Shown here piece after piece: positions 27,541-36,923 of a DNA stretch of 64,000 nt. A model generated the notes under the pieces. The model was not told the origin of the DNA and did not search any database. It was given only the letters and a program-made list of their open reading frames with translations. The translations under genes were made by a program, and so were the position numbers. Numbering within the stretch: the first letter of the stretch is position 1; the number at the start of each line of letters is the position of its first letter. The DNA comes from an uncultured Gammaproteobacteria bacterium (GTDB lineage Bacteria; Patescibacteriota; Patescibacteriia; Magasanikbacterales; JBBTXJ01). The stretch is taken from positions 13,122 through 77,121 of the forward strand of contig CAZSVL010000003.1 in NCBI GenBank assembly GCA_964610305.1, written 5' to 3'.

Positions 27541-28857
27541 TTATGTGTTAACCTCCGTTGATAGATTAGCATTTTTTTTGTAGGAAATAAAGATGAGTGA
27601 AAGCAGAAGCCAAAAAATAACGGCAAGATCATTTTTAAAATAAGGGACATCCACCAGACCGTGAATTAAAATAGTCAACACTGCCGCAAGAAGCGGATAG
27701 TTTGGCGTCCGCATAATAGCCCAATAAAAAAGCAGGATAAAGGCAAGGACGCCAAGTAGTCCCAGCTCAACCCAAAAGTTAAGCAGTATATTGTGCGGGT
27801 ACTCAAACACCTCAATCCATTTGTCTATCCTATACCTATATATAGACTCCTTATAACTAGAGAGCCCAGTTCCTAAGAGTGGATGGTCGGAGATAAGTTC
27901 ACTAGCTTCCGCCCACATATCCAGCCGCAATCCGCCGCTGTAGTCTGCAAAAATAAGCTCTTGCTTTATGTTGGATAATCCAGGCGTAAGCATGATAGCG
28001 GCAGTAATTCCCAAGCCCGTTGCTCCAACAAAGAATCTCGTTTTTTTATGTATGACCCCAATTATAAAACCGGCTCCCGCAAGTGCTACAAGTGCGCCCG
28101 TTGTTTTTGCCCAGATGATGGCAAGAAAGCTTGCTGAAGTAACAAGTAACAAGTAACAAGTAACAAGTACGTCCTTCCACCTTTTTCTTGTGTGTGAGAA
28201 GTTTTTTATGGTTCTTGTTGCCTCGTCAATAAAAAGGGGTATGAGCGGTGCCATAAAAAGCCCAATGGCATTAGGAAATCCCCAAACGCTGGTAACGCGT
28301 CTTGTTTGCTCTGCTGCCCAATACGGATTAGGAATCCACACCCCCGTGAATTTTTGGTAGATGGCAATGATTGCAGTAGCTAAGACCGAAAGTGATAATG
28401 AAAAGATAATTGCGGGGCGATCAGTTTTTTTAAATGTAGTTATAAAAATGAAGAATAATGCTACCGGTTCTATAATATACGCTTTCCAAAGTCCGGCAGC
28501 AGCTCTTGTATCTGGCGCAATGATGAGCGATAGGGTTCCGGCTATAAGTAGCAGGGCGATCCCAAGCGCTAGCACCCATTCTTGTGTCATTCTGAGCGAA
28601 GCGAAGAATCCCGTCAAGCGACTAACTTGCTTTTTAAACGGGATTCTTCGCCTTTGGCTCAGAATGACTGCTTTTATCAGCCACATGACTGCAACAATCC
28701 AAATCATTACTTCAAGCAATGTGCTCGGCAAAGGCCCAATACTAAACCTAATAAGATACACAGGAAGCAACGCAATTAAAACAAGAAGCGCCCACCTAAG
28801 GCGGACGAGCGCGAGTGCTGCAAAGCCGATTGTAAAAGCTATAACAAGGCCGGTCAT
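27541..28857 (-). CDS. O-antigen ligase / Wzy-like polytopic membrane protein
   Basis: 438 aa, >10 TM helices, Wzy_C-like central loop. Contains an in-frame repeat element and a heptanucleotide tandem repeat. Confidence 0.6.
   Translation of the reverse strand: MTGLVIAFTIGFAALALVRLRWALLVLIALLPVYLIRFSIGPLPSTLLEVMIWIVAVMWLIKAVILSQRRRIPFKKQVSRLTGFFASLRMTQEWVLALGIALLLIAGTLSLIIAPDTRAAAGLWKAYIIEPVALFFIFITTFKKTDRPAIIFSLSLSVLATAIIAIYQKFTGVWIPNPYWAAEQTRRVTSVWGFPNAIGLFMAPLIPLFIDEATRTIKNFSHTRKRWKDVLVTCYLLLVTSASFLAIIWAKTTGALVALAGAGFIIGVIHKKTRFFVGATGLGITAAIMLTPGLSNIKQELIFADYSGGLRLDMWAEASELISDHPLLGTGLSSYKESIYRYRIDKWIEVFEYPHNILLNFWVELGLLGVLAFILLFYWAIMRTPNYPLLAAVLTILIHGLVDVPYFKNDLAVIFWLLLSLIFISYKKNANLSTEVNT
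28139..28171. repeat. Heptanucleotide tandem repeat (AGTAACA)x4 plus a partial copy, inside the Wzy-like CDS
   Basis: agtaacaagtaacaagtaacaagtaacaagtac. Confidence 0.9.
28586..28668. repeat. GTCAT-family long-hairpin repeat (subtype B) lying in-frame inside the CDS 27541-28857
   Basis: GTCATTCTGAGCGAAGCGAAGAATCCCGT...ACGGGATTCTTCGCCTTTGGCTCAGAATGAC. Translated as ...KAVILSQRRRIPFKKQVSRLTGFFASLRMTQ... Confidence 0.8.
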
Positions 28858-28858
28858 A

Positions 28859-30304
28859 TCAACGAGTAGAGATCAAAAGCCTAAGATCTCTATACGATAT
28901 ACCTTTTACGGCTATCATGGCAAGAGTGTAGACCGCTCCTCCGATAAAAACTAAAAGTACAACATGCAGATCGCGGATAAGCCACAGAGATCCTGCCATT
29001 AAGCCACTTGCCGCCACTGATTTAAAAAGTGGCGTGAGCGTTATTCTAGCGCGCGTTACTTTTTTAACATAAAGCCACAAAAGCGCGCCAGCAAGCAGCT
29101 CAGAGAAAACCGTCATCCACGCAGCGCCCATATAGCCATAGCGTGGAATGAAGATAAGATAGCCAACAAGCGTGATAATGGCAGTAAGAAGATAGATCCA
29201 AATAGTTTTTCTTTGGTGGTTGATGGCAACAATGGTGTGACCAAAGAGCGCTCCTAAAAATCCTCCCATAAGAGCGATAAGTAAGACTTGGACAATCGGG
29301 CCGGATGCAATAAACTCTTCTCCTGCGATGAGTTTCATAATAGGAGATGCTAAAAGTGCCCCGCCAACAAGAACAGGAATAGCTACCACAGACAGGGCAG
29401 AGAATGATCTGCTCACCAGAGATGAGAAATTTGCTTTATCGGTACTGGTCCAGCTCTTAGCAAGTAGCGGGACCATCAAGCCCATAAAGATAATGGGTAT
29501 GGCGGTGGTAACATCCATTATTCTGTATGCAGCTCCATACAGCCCCACTTCTGTTTGAGGTCTCACCAAAGATAAAATGAAAACGTCTGCTCTTAAATAG
29601 ATAAGATTAAAAGCAATGGAGATGGCAATCGGCCAGCTTTTTTTGAAAATAATTGACCAGATGTTTTTTTCAAAAGAAAATCCAAGCGGGACAATGCGAT
29701 GCGCTCTTGTCGCAAGCACTATGGTCTGGGCGATGTTTCCAATCACCACCGCAGCCATTACCGGCATAAAGCCAAAGTCTTTGTAGACCACCAAGAAAAC
29801 ACCGGCAAACAGTGCGGCTCTCTGCGCCACTTCAGCTAGGCCAATCCAGTGAGCTTTAAGATGTTTTTGAAAAATTCCCGTGAGGATTTGATTTTCTGCA
29901 ATGAGGAAAAATGCTACAGAGGTAAGGACAACTGCCCATTTAATTTCTGTGGTGTACGGAAAAAGCCAAATGAGTGCTGCGGCTAATCCGTACGCTACGG
30001 CAGCAGTGAGGGTTCTAAATCCAAGCAGGTTACGGACTATGGTTTTTTCAGAATAATCCTTAAGCTCGCCGAGCATTTGCCCGGTAACAATAACCAAACC
30101 AAAATCTATTAAAATGCCAACAATCTGCAAAAATGCCACCGCCGTAACATACCAACCAAATTGCTCTTGCCCTAAATAGCGGGTCATCATGGCAATGGTA
30201 GCAATACCCAAAAACGTCCCGACGATTTTTCCGGAGAAATGAGTAAAGGTATTGCGCACTACGCTAGCGGTTGCCATGCACAGAGCATAGCACAGAGCGC
30301 GCAA
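28859..30304 (-). CDS. Polysaccharide/O-antigen flippase (Wzx, MOP superfamily)
   Basis: 481 aa, ~12-14 TM helices, typical Wzx topology. Adjacent to the Wzy-like gene. Confidence 0.7.
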   Translation of the reverse strand: MRALCYALCMATASVVRNTFTHFSGKIVGTFLGIATIAMMTRYLGQEQFGWYVTAVAFLQIVGILIDFGLVIVTGQMLGELKDYSEKTIVRNLLGFRTLTAAVAYGLAAALIWLFPYTTEIKWAVVLTSVAFFLIAENQILTGIFQKHLKAHWIGLAEVAQRAALFAGVFLVVYKDFGFMPVMAAVVIGNIAQTIVLATRAHRIVPLGFSFEKNIWSIIFKKSWPIAISIAFNLIYLRADVFILSLVRPQTEVGLYGAAYRIMDVTTAIPIIFMGLMVPLLAKSWTSTDKANFSSLVSRSFSALSVVAIPVLVGGALLASPIMKLIAGEEFIASGPIVQVLLIALMGGFLGALFGHTIVAINHQRKTIWIYLLTAIITLVGYLIFIPRYGYMGAAWMTVFSELLAGALLWLYVKKVTRARITLTPLFKSVAASGLMAGSLWLIRDLHVVLLVFIGGAVYTLAMIAVKGISYRDLRLLISTR

Positions 30305-30392
30305 ACTGAATACCTTGACAAATGGTGGTGCCTATGCTAACCTCCTAGTAACTTCAAAGAGCATCTTAAGCTTTGGCCGTGGTGGTTAGGGA

Positions 30393-31949
30393 ATGGGATG
30401 CAAAGGAGGAGGTATGGGGCTTTCCCCAGAGCAGAAAGAACAGGTCGTCAACGGCGGCCCCGGCAGATGGCAAGTTCCGGTATCGCGTTTGACGAAAGGA
30501 CTCAAGAGGCGTCTGAGTGAAGCAGAATCGGTGTACGATGTTCTGTTTGCGCCCAGCCGCGCCGTAGAAAAGGCCTGGGATCAAGCGCTTGATGTGGTTG
30601 CGGATGCAAAGAAGGAAGAGCTTGGGCTCGCGGCCGCGGGATTGCGCGGCGACCTCTTGTCGCTGCAAACGATTGATTCACAAGGAGAGCACATCAACGT
30701 GTACCTTGTTCCGGTCACGCACGTAGTTAATACCAATGCTTTGATGGCCAAATTTAATGAATACGGGCTAGACTTTTTGCCAGAAGACTCGGCAAAATAT
30801 CTTTTTGAGCAGTTGCCTGACGGTCACATGGCTCAGGGACGCCGATGGCTTGTATATTCCGGTGACCAAACGCTTACGTACATTACAAGGGATCTTGTCC
30901 AGGTACTTGCTGATGCTTATCCAGCGCATGAGATGCTTGGTAGGCCTGATTGGTATGTTCTGGGCTACCGCAATGAGGAGCGACCAGAAGTAAAGACTTC
31001 TTGGTTTGTGCCTTTTGGCGATACATTCCCGCAGCAGCTCCTAGAGATGCGTGTCGTGAGTGTGTCAGATATGCTTTATCCTGAAACAGACGATTTTCGC
31101 GACGTCGCGCTTACCAATGAGTGGACGCGCGGCGAGCGCAAGCATCTAGAAGCTTTTATTGCCCATGTTGACCTGACGGAAGACATGTTTGAGAATCCCG
31201 TGTGCGCAATGGCCGACGATGAGGTTGTGCAATACGTGAAGATGATTTCTGGAATGCCGCATTTTTTTACGCAGCAATTGGGCTCAGAGGGTTTCGTAGT
31301 TGAACGTTGGCTTCATTACCGTATTGTTGATCGTCCCGCGCTGTACCCCATTTGGGTTGATGGCAGGCAGCTGGAAGTGGGTGTTTTTGAAAGAGAACGC
31401 ATTGTGCCACCGGCTGTGGATGGCTACACCTACACACCCGCAACGCATGAGCATATTGCTGCTTTCTATGCTCAGCATTTGAGTCTTGTGAAGACGCATC
31501 TTAACTTCTTGATGTGCGGGGCCGCTGATTTGGATGCCGGGCGAGCTAATGGCGTGCTGGCTGTTGGCACTGCTTTTGCTGGTGGAGAGGAGACAGCAAG
31601 GCTGTTTGTAGCTGAATCCGGCTTTGATATCGATAGAATTGGTTTGGTTTTGTATGTGGTTGGGGAAAAGACAGAACCAGATGAGGAGGCAGTACAGGAG
31701 CAGGCCGTTGAAGAATCTGAGGCTAGCTGGGTGGTCAAAGCACCTCTGTGCAAAAAGTGCGGAGCATCCTTTTTGGAGCTAACGGCACTTATGACAGCAC
31801 AACACAACTTTAAGGCAATTGAGTGCTTAGATTGTCTGGATATTGCTCACGACGTCCAAAAGATCGTTAGAGCTGGGCAAGCAAAAGGTGCTTCTTGGGC
31901 TATCCCTGATGGCGGCATGAGTAGTAATCAGGAGAAACGCAAAGGTTAG
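30393..31949 (+). CDS. Hypothetical protein (518 aa) with C-terminal CxxC...CxxC zinc-ribbon; GC-rich
   Basis: No recognisable domain. C-terminal CKKCGASF...CLDCLD. Composition is markedly GC-richer than flanking genes. Confidence 0.55.
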   Translation: MGCKGGGMGLSPEQKEQVVNGGPGRWQVPVSRLTKGLKRRLSEAESVYDVLFAPSRAVEKAWDQALDVVADAKKEELGLAAAGLRGDLLSLQTIDSQGEHINVYLVPVTHVVNTNALMAKFNEYGLDFLPEDSAKYLFEQLPDGHMAQGRRWLVYSGDQTLTYITRDLVQVLADAYPAHEMLGRPDWYVLGYRNEERPEVKTSWFVPFGDTFPQQLLEMRVVSVSDMLYPETDDFRDVALTNEWTRGERKHLEAFIAHVDLTEDMFENPVCAMADDEVVQYVKMISGMPHFFTQQLGSEGFVVERWLHYRIVDRPALYPIWVDGRQLEVGVFERERIVPPAVDGYTYTPATHEHIAAFYAQHLSLVKTHLNFLMCGAADLDAGRANGVLAVGTAFAGGEETARLFVAESGFDIDRIGLVLYVVGEKTEPDEEAVQEQAVEESEASWVVKAPLCKKCGASFLELTALMTAQHNFKAIECLDCLDIAHDVQKIVRAGQAKGASWAIPDGGMSSNQEKRKG

Positions 31950-32104
31950 AACAATAGAGAGTGCACTGACCGCTTAACCAGGCGTAATAATTTATAGATT
32001 CTGTGCAGGAGAAATCCTGCTTTTTTATTTTTTACATTTTAGAAAGATGGTATAATGCGGCTAGCTAGGCTTACCTGGCGGTTTAAGATACGGCGCAGAG
32101 TTAT

Positions 32105-34222
32105 ATGAGAATGGAGAGGCACAATGCATCGGCTTTGCGAGAGCAGCGACAAGCGGCTCGTAGCAAACGGCGCAAGCACGTAGGATTTTTCTCTAGTATT
32201 TTTATTTCTGGCATTTTGGTGGTGGTAAGCGCTAGCCTTTTGCGCATTGGGGTAGACGGAAGCGTTCCTGAGCTGCCTAGCTCTCATCTGGATCACGTGG
32301 TACAAAACGATGGGCCCCGCTATGACCTTTCTAAATTTAAGCTAGAGATGGCTAATTTAGCAAAGTCAATTTTTGGCGTAGAAGATGTCCATGCCGCAGG
32401 ATACGCGGCAAGAGTTATAGCTCAGCCAGCTCCATTGTCTCTAAAGCCAGGCGAGAAAAGTGAGATTGTTGTAAAGCTTGAGAACACCGGCTCTCTGAGA
32501 TGGCGCACGCCCGCAACAGGATCACGTTATGCCAGCCTTTATACTTACGCGCCAAAATATCACCTGAGTAGGCTAGAGGATAAAAGATGGCACAGAAGAG
32601 ATCAGCCTGGAGTTTTGCAGGCGCAGACAGAGGTGGGAGAGACAGGGATCATAAAAATTCCGATCACTGCTCCGCTTGAGCCGGGTGTATACAAGGATAC
32701 TTTTCAGATGGCCATAGAGGACACGGCTTGGGTGAGTGGTGGAGGTGTTAAAGTGGTAGTGAACGTAGAAGATGTGCCGGTGGATATTGTTGTTCCTAAA
32801 GTAGTGTCATTGCGATCGCCGCAGAGCGAGAAGCAATCCCGTCATAAGGAGGACCAGTTGCAAAGCGACGAGATCGCCACACCTCTTTCAGAGGTTCGCG
32901 ATGACGAAGCTATAGATGACGTGGTCCATAAAGCCTTACTGTTGGTGCGCTCGCACAAACGAATCCGCAAACCAGGCGGAACGGATGTGCTCATGCGATT
33001 TGGTTTTAAAAACACCGGAGAGAGCTCGTGGTTTGAGCGAGGCCTCAAGACCGGGCAGGTGGCCATAGCCGCACAAAAAAAAGATGGCAGTTTTGCTCAC
33101 CAAAGTTGGCTTTCAAAAAATGATGTGGTGAAATTAGCCGCCGGCACCGTGGCGCCCGGAGACACAGAATTTTTTACGTTTTCCGTAAAAACGCCGGCCA
33201 CCAAAGGTGAATATGATATGAACTTGCATTTGGTGGTTGACGGCAGGCCGGTAGAAGGTGGCATCATTAGCCTGCCCGTTTTTGTAACCAGCAACGCAAA
33301 GAGCAGTAGTCAGCCTGTTTCTTTTGAAGGAGAAGTTGAGCTCTTAGATGAGCCGATTATCAGAGTGGGACTTTTTAAAACAGAAGAGCCCGTGGAGTTT
33401 GTATCTTCTTACGAGTATGTGGTTAAAGATGTTAATGGAAAAGCGCTGCATATTATCCCAAAGAATACACAATCAGTTATACATTATAAAAACGGTTCGT
33501 ACATTTTTTACTCAAAAGGAAAGACGCTTAAAGGATCGCATCACTACCGGCTGGAGCCAAAAAACGCCGGCGTCGATCCCTACTTTACTATAAGTAATCA
33601 TGAGGAGCGTCCTAAGTGGAATCCCGGCCTTAATTACAATATTTTCAGGGGTACATTTGAGCTGCGCTACTCAGAAAAGAATGAAAAGGTGTGGGTCATA
33701 AATGAGCTTTCTATGGAGCCGTATTTGTGGGGGCTAGCTGAGGTAAGCAATAATACACCAGAGGAATTTCAAAAGGCAATGGCCGTGGCAGAGAGAACAT
33801 ATGCATATGTGCAGCTACGGGCGGGGACAAAACATGCGGACAGGAATTTTCATGTAAGCGCTTCTCAAGGGGATCAAGTATACAGAGGAAAAAATAGAGA
33901 GCCAAGCTTTCCTAACGTGGTAGATGCGGTAAAAGAAACACTTGGGCAGATGGTGACCTATAATAATGACGCAGTAGTGACGCCATATTTTGCTCGCTCA
34001 AACGGAAAGACAAAATCATACAAAAGTGTATGGGGAGGAGCTGAAAAACCGTGGCTTGTGCCCGTAAAAACGGGGTATGATAGCGGGAAGAGCAAATGGG
34101 GACATGGCGTGGGTATGAGTCAGCGCGATGCTACTCATAGGGCAGATAAAGAAGATATAGAATATAAGGAATTGCTTGCTTACTACTACACAGACACAAA
34201 GGTCAGAAAAGTATATAAATAG
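32105..34222 (+). CDS. SpoIID/LytB domain-containing protein with N-terminal TM anchor and repeated beta-sandwich domains
   Basis: C-terminal MEPYLWGLAEV...AVAERTYAYVQL...GHGVGMSQRDA matches SpoIID/LytB. Confidence 0.8.
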   Translation: MRMERHNASALREQRQAARSKRRKHVGFFSSIFISGILVVVSASLLRIGVDGSVPELPSSHLDHVVQNDGPRYDLSKFKLEMANLAKSIFGVEDVHAAGYAARVIAQPAPLSLKPGEKSEIVVKLENTGSLRWRTPATGSRYASLYTYAPKYHLSRLEDKRWHRRDQPGVLQAQTEVGETGIIKIPITAPLEPGVYKDTFQMAIEDTAWVSGGGVKVVVNVEDVPVDIVVPKVVSLRSPQSEKQSRHKEDQLQSDEIATPLSEVRDDEAIDDVVHKALLLVRSHKRIRKPGGTDVLMRFGFKNTGESSWFERGLKTGQVAIAAQKKDGSFAHQSWLSKNDVVKLAAGTVAPGDTEFFTFSVKTPATKGEYDMNLHLVVDGRPVEGGIISLPVFVTSNAKSSSQPVSFEGEVELLDEPIIRVGLFKTEEPVEFVSSYEYVVKDVNGKALHIIPKNTQSVIHYKNGSYIFYSKGKTLKGSHHYRLEPKNAGVDPYFTISNHEERPKWNPGLNYNIFRGTFELRYSEKNEKVWVINELSMEPYLWGLAEVSNNTPEEFQKAMAVAERTYAYVQLRAGTKHADRNFHVSASQGDQVYRGKNREPSFPNVVDAVKETLGQMVTYNNDAVVTPYFARSNGKTKSYKSVWGGAEKPWLVPVKTGYDSGKSKWGHGVGMSQRDATHRADKEDIEYKELLAYYYTDTKVRKVYK

Positions 34223-34269
34223 CAAAAAAAGGGCTTAATTGAGCCCTTTTTTAATAGGCGTGAGAGCAC

Positions 34270-34298
34270 TTGACAAATTCAGCCGTATATGTTATAGT
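34270..34298 (+). promoter_or_regulatory. Consensus sigma70-type promoter (TTGACA, 17-bp spacer, TATAGT) with no downstream ORF
   Basis: TTGACA at 34270-34275, TATAGT at 34293-34298. Confidence 0.55.
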
Positions 34299-34304
34299 TA
34301 CAGT

Positions 34305-34688
34305 CCTGTTCTTTGCAGTGTGTGCGTAGAGGTTGGTGTTCGGTAAAGAGCAATAGGTGAGCGGTTCGGCTATGGGATGGTCGTGAGCATGCATGTGCTC
34401 TTGGTGGACCACATAAAGGTCCGAGAAATCTAACCTAGGCAGGACCAGTGACCATATCTTTTTTAGCAAAAGGCACGGGACCCCCCTAGGCGAAAAGCCG
34501 CGCAGAATCAGCAGAGACTGCGCAGTTTAGAGCCCATAGTTTACATAGAGAACACGCTTATTGCAACCACGTTAGCTAGCGCCCTAGGCGTAGTGGAGAA
34601 TTCAGCTGGAGTCAGCTAAAGCAATCGCACCACAAGTCAGGTTTCCCGGTAACGCTGTCACCCGTGGCAGCGTTACCGGGATTTTTTT
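34305..34688 (+). ncRNA. Candidate structured ncRNA (~380 nt) of unknown identity
   Basis: Bounded by the consensus promoter and a strong terminator (CCCGGTAACGCTG...CAGCGTTACCGGG followed by TTTTTTT). No ORF of 60 aa or more. Several internal hairpins. Confidence 0.45.
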
Positions 34689-34714
34689 GTACTTAAAAAT
34701 CCGCTATGCGGATT

Positions 34715-35239
34715 TTATTTATCAGGATCGTACGGATCGTGACCGACCCATTTTAGTAGCTCTGTTCTCACCTTATGAGGCTGGGGTATATCCTTAAAGC
34801 TAAACTTGCTCTCTGCTCCTGCCGATTGGATCTCAACGTCTCCATAGTTAAAAAAAGTGGAAAATACGCCCTGCAAATTAGAGCTGGCGTCTTGCACGCG
34901 GTCTAAATCTAGCTCTGAAACAGTGCGTTTAAACAGTCCCTGTTGTTGTATATCTATAACGCGCTCGTTGGTGACTACCCATACATCAAGGTAATAATCT
35001 ACAAATTGAGTGAGAAACAAAGCAAGAACAAATAGGGTGTAGAGACTACCCATCATGACAATGGCAGGCCCCCAGAAAAGATCCTGCATTCCTCCCGGGA
35101 AGAGTATGGGGAAAATAAACGGTATGGTTAGTAGCAGTGCGATCAAGAGAATTTTTGGGACAAAAGTAAGAGGATGTCTTCTTACCACGAGCACAATCTT
35201 TTCCGCAGTTTTTTTATGAATTGTTTCTGCAAGATGCAT
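34715..35239 (-). CDS. Membrane-anchored bacterial PH-domain (YdbT/bPH_2-like) protein
   Basis: Start taken at MHLAETIHKK. Two N-terminal TM helices then a PH-like domain (RVIDIQQQGLFKRTVSELDLDRVQD). Confidence 0.6.
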   Translation of the reverse strand: MHLAETIHKKTAEKIVLVVRRHPLTFVPKILLIALLLTIPFIFPILFPGGMQDLFWGPAIVMMGSLYTLFVLALFLTQFVDYYLDVWVVTNERVIDIQQQGLFKRTVSELDLDRVQDASSNLQGVFSTFFNYGDVEIQSAGAESKFSFKDIPQPHKVRTELLKWVGHDPYDPDK

Positions 35240-35241
35240 AG

Positions 35242-35493
35242 CTAAAATGCGCTTTGGCCTACCGTGTTGCCAAAAATATAGAGTATTTGACTGGTGTCGG
35301 TGCCAGCTAAATAAATACCTGTAAAGGCAATGACAATCACCATTAAAATAATCAGGCATGCGGAGACCGCAAAGCTCAACAGATCAATGGCTCCGGTTGC
35401 TGCAATATGATACACGTTGATACCGGCCATGATGAGTATAAAAAGAACACCAAAAGCGTAGAGACCAACAAAAAGTGAAAGCGGTATTCCCAT
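35242..35493 (-). CDS. Small hypothetical membrane protein (83 aa, 3 TM helices)
   Basis: Hydrophobic ORF. Its stop codon directly abuts the start of the downstream PH-domain gene. Confidence 0.45.
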   Translation of the reverse strand: MGIPLSLFVGLYAFGVLFILIMAGINVYHIAATGAIDLLSFAVSACLIILMVIVIAFTGIYLAGTDTSQILYIFGNTVGQSAF

Positions 35494-35495
35494 AC

Positions 35496-36515
35496 TTATA
35501 CTAGTGTAGCATTTGTAGCCGGTGGCGGGAAGCCTAGGTGCTGGTAAGCTCTTGTGGTGGCGCAGCGTCCGCGCGGTGTGCGCTCTAGAAATCCTATTTG
35601 AAGCAAGAACGGCTCATATACTTCTTCTATGGTTGCTACTTCTTCTGCTGTGGCTGCGGCCAGAGTGGAAAGTCCTACGGGACCTCCATCAAATTTTTCT
35701 ATGAGAGTATTAAGCAGGCGTCTATCTGCATGTTCTAGGCCAACCGTATCTACGGCAAGTCTGTCTAGTGCGCCTGTTGCGCAATTATGGTCTATCGTCC
35801 CGTTGCCCTCCACTTGGGCAAAGTCTCTCACGCGCCGCAGCAGTCTGTTGGCAACACGCGGTGTTCTTCTGGCTCTGGAGGAAATAGTGTTGGCAGCCTC
35901 GGGAAGAATACTCACTCCTAAAATCCGTGCGCTTCTTTGCAGTATGGTTTCTATCTCATCGTTTTCATAAAATTGAAGATGAAATATGTGGCCAAATCTG
36001 TCTCGCAATGGACCAGAGATAGAAGAGATTTTTGTGGTGGCTCCGATGAGGGTAAAGCGCGCAAGCGGCATGCGCAGAACGCGGGCGGCCGGGCCTTTTC
36101 CTAATACAATATCCAGCGCGTAGTCTTCCATGGCGGGGTAAAGCGCTTCTTCTATGGTTCTTGAGAGCCTGTGAATTTCATCTATAAAAAGGACATCGCC
36201 ATGCTGCAAGTTAGAGAGAATGGCTGCCAGATCACCAACACGCTCAAGCGATGGGCCAGAGGTGGTAATAAGCGAGCCTCCCATTTCTTTTGCAATGATG
36301 TTAGCTAGAGTTGTTTTACCCAGTCCTGGGTTTCCGTAGAGGAGCACGTGCTCTAGCGCCTCACCGCGAGCTGCCGCCGCCTTCAAAAAAATATCAAGAT
36401 TGTCGGTGGCTTGCTTTTGCCCCACAAAATCCGCAAGCGTCTGCGGTCTTAGGCCAACTTCAAAAAGTTGCTCGTCCTCTGTTTCTTGAGATTGTGTTAC
36501 GCGCTGCTCATCCAT
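35496..36515 (-). CDS. ruvB: Holliday junction DNA helicase RuvB
   Basis: Walker [18 protein letters not shown], and the C-terminal winged helix. Confidence 0.95.
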   Translation of the reverse strand: MDEQRVTQSQETEDEQLFEVGLRPQTLADFVGQKQATDNLDIFLKAAAARGEALEHVLLYGNPGLGKTTLANIIAKEMGGSLITTSGPSLERVGDLAAILSNLQHGDVLFIDEIHRLSRTIEEALYPAMEDYALDIVLGKGPAARVLRMPLARFTLIGATTKISSISGPLRDRFGHIFHLQFYENDEIETILQRSARILGVSILPEAANTISSRARRTPRVANRLLRRVRDFAQVEGNGTIDHNCATGALDRLAVDTVGLEHADRRLLNTLIEKFDGGPVGLSTLAAATAEEVATIEEVYEPFLLQIGFLERTPRGRCATTRAYQHLGFPPPATNATLV

Positions 36516-36807
36516 GGCTCAATAGTACCGCAACTCTTGACAAAAGGCCATAAGATTGCTATGGTTGTGATGCCCAGGAAGAATCCGCTCGTAGGACAGA
36601 TGCCGTGGGTGCGCTAAGATACCGAAGCTTTAAAGAGGGGGGAATTAGCGCATGGATCAAACAAAGAAGCTTGTTGTTGTAAGAGACTTCTTCTGGTTTG
36701 ATCCTTTTTTTATTGTGGATAAAAAATGAAAAACAGGTAAACAAAACCAAATGTGTAGATTCTTGTGAGGCCTGTTTTGCTGTGCTATACTAAAGAGCGT
36801 CACTTTA

Positions 36808-36859
36808 GTGTATACTATATATTGTGGTCAAAGTGAGATTACAACACTATATATAGTGT
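36808..36859 (+). promoter_or_regulatory. Putative tandem NrdR boxes upstream of nrdJ
   Basis: acaACACTATATATAGTGTtgg at 36842-36861 and gtgtatactatatattgtgg at 36808-36827. Centres are ~33 bp apart. Confidence 0.45.
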
Positions 36860-36923
36860 TGGCGATAGAGACGAGCGCGGAGGCAACGCGGCTGCGCTCA
36901 TCTTTGTCACTAACAATCTGCTT

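Noticed and set aside
34305-34688. Identification of the promoter-to-terminator unit as RNase P RNA or tmRNA
   Set aside because: tmRNA is unambiguously elsewhere (58223-58585). The 5' and 3' ends of this unit cannot pair into a P1 helix, and the RNase P-like motifs I could see (GGTAAAGAGCA, TAGGCAGGACCAG) are not in canonical order. It stays an unassigned candidate ncRNA.
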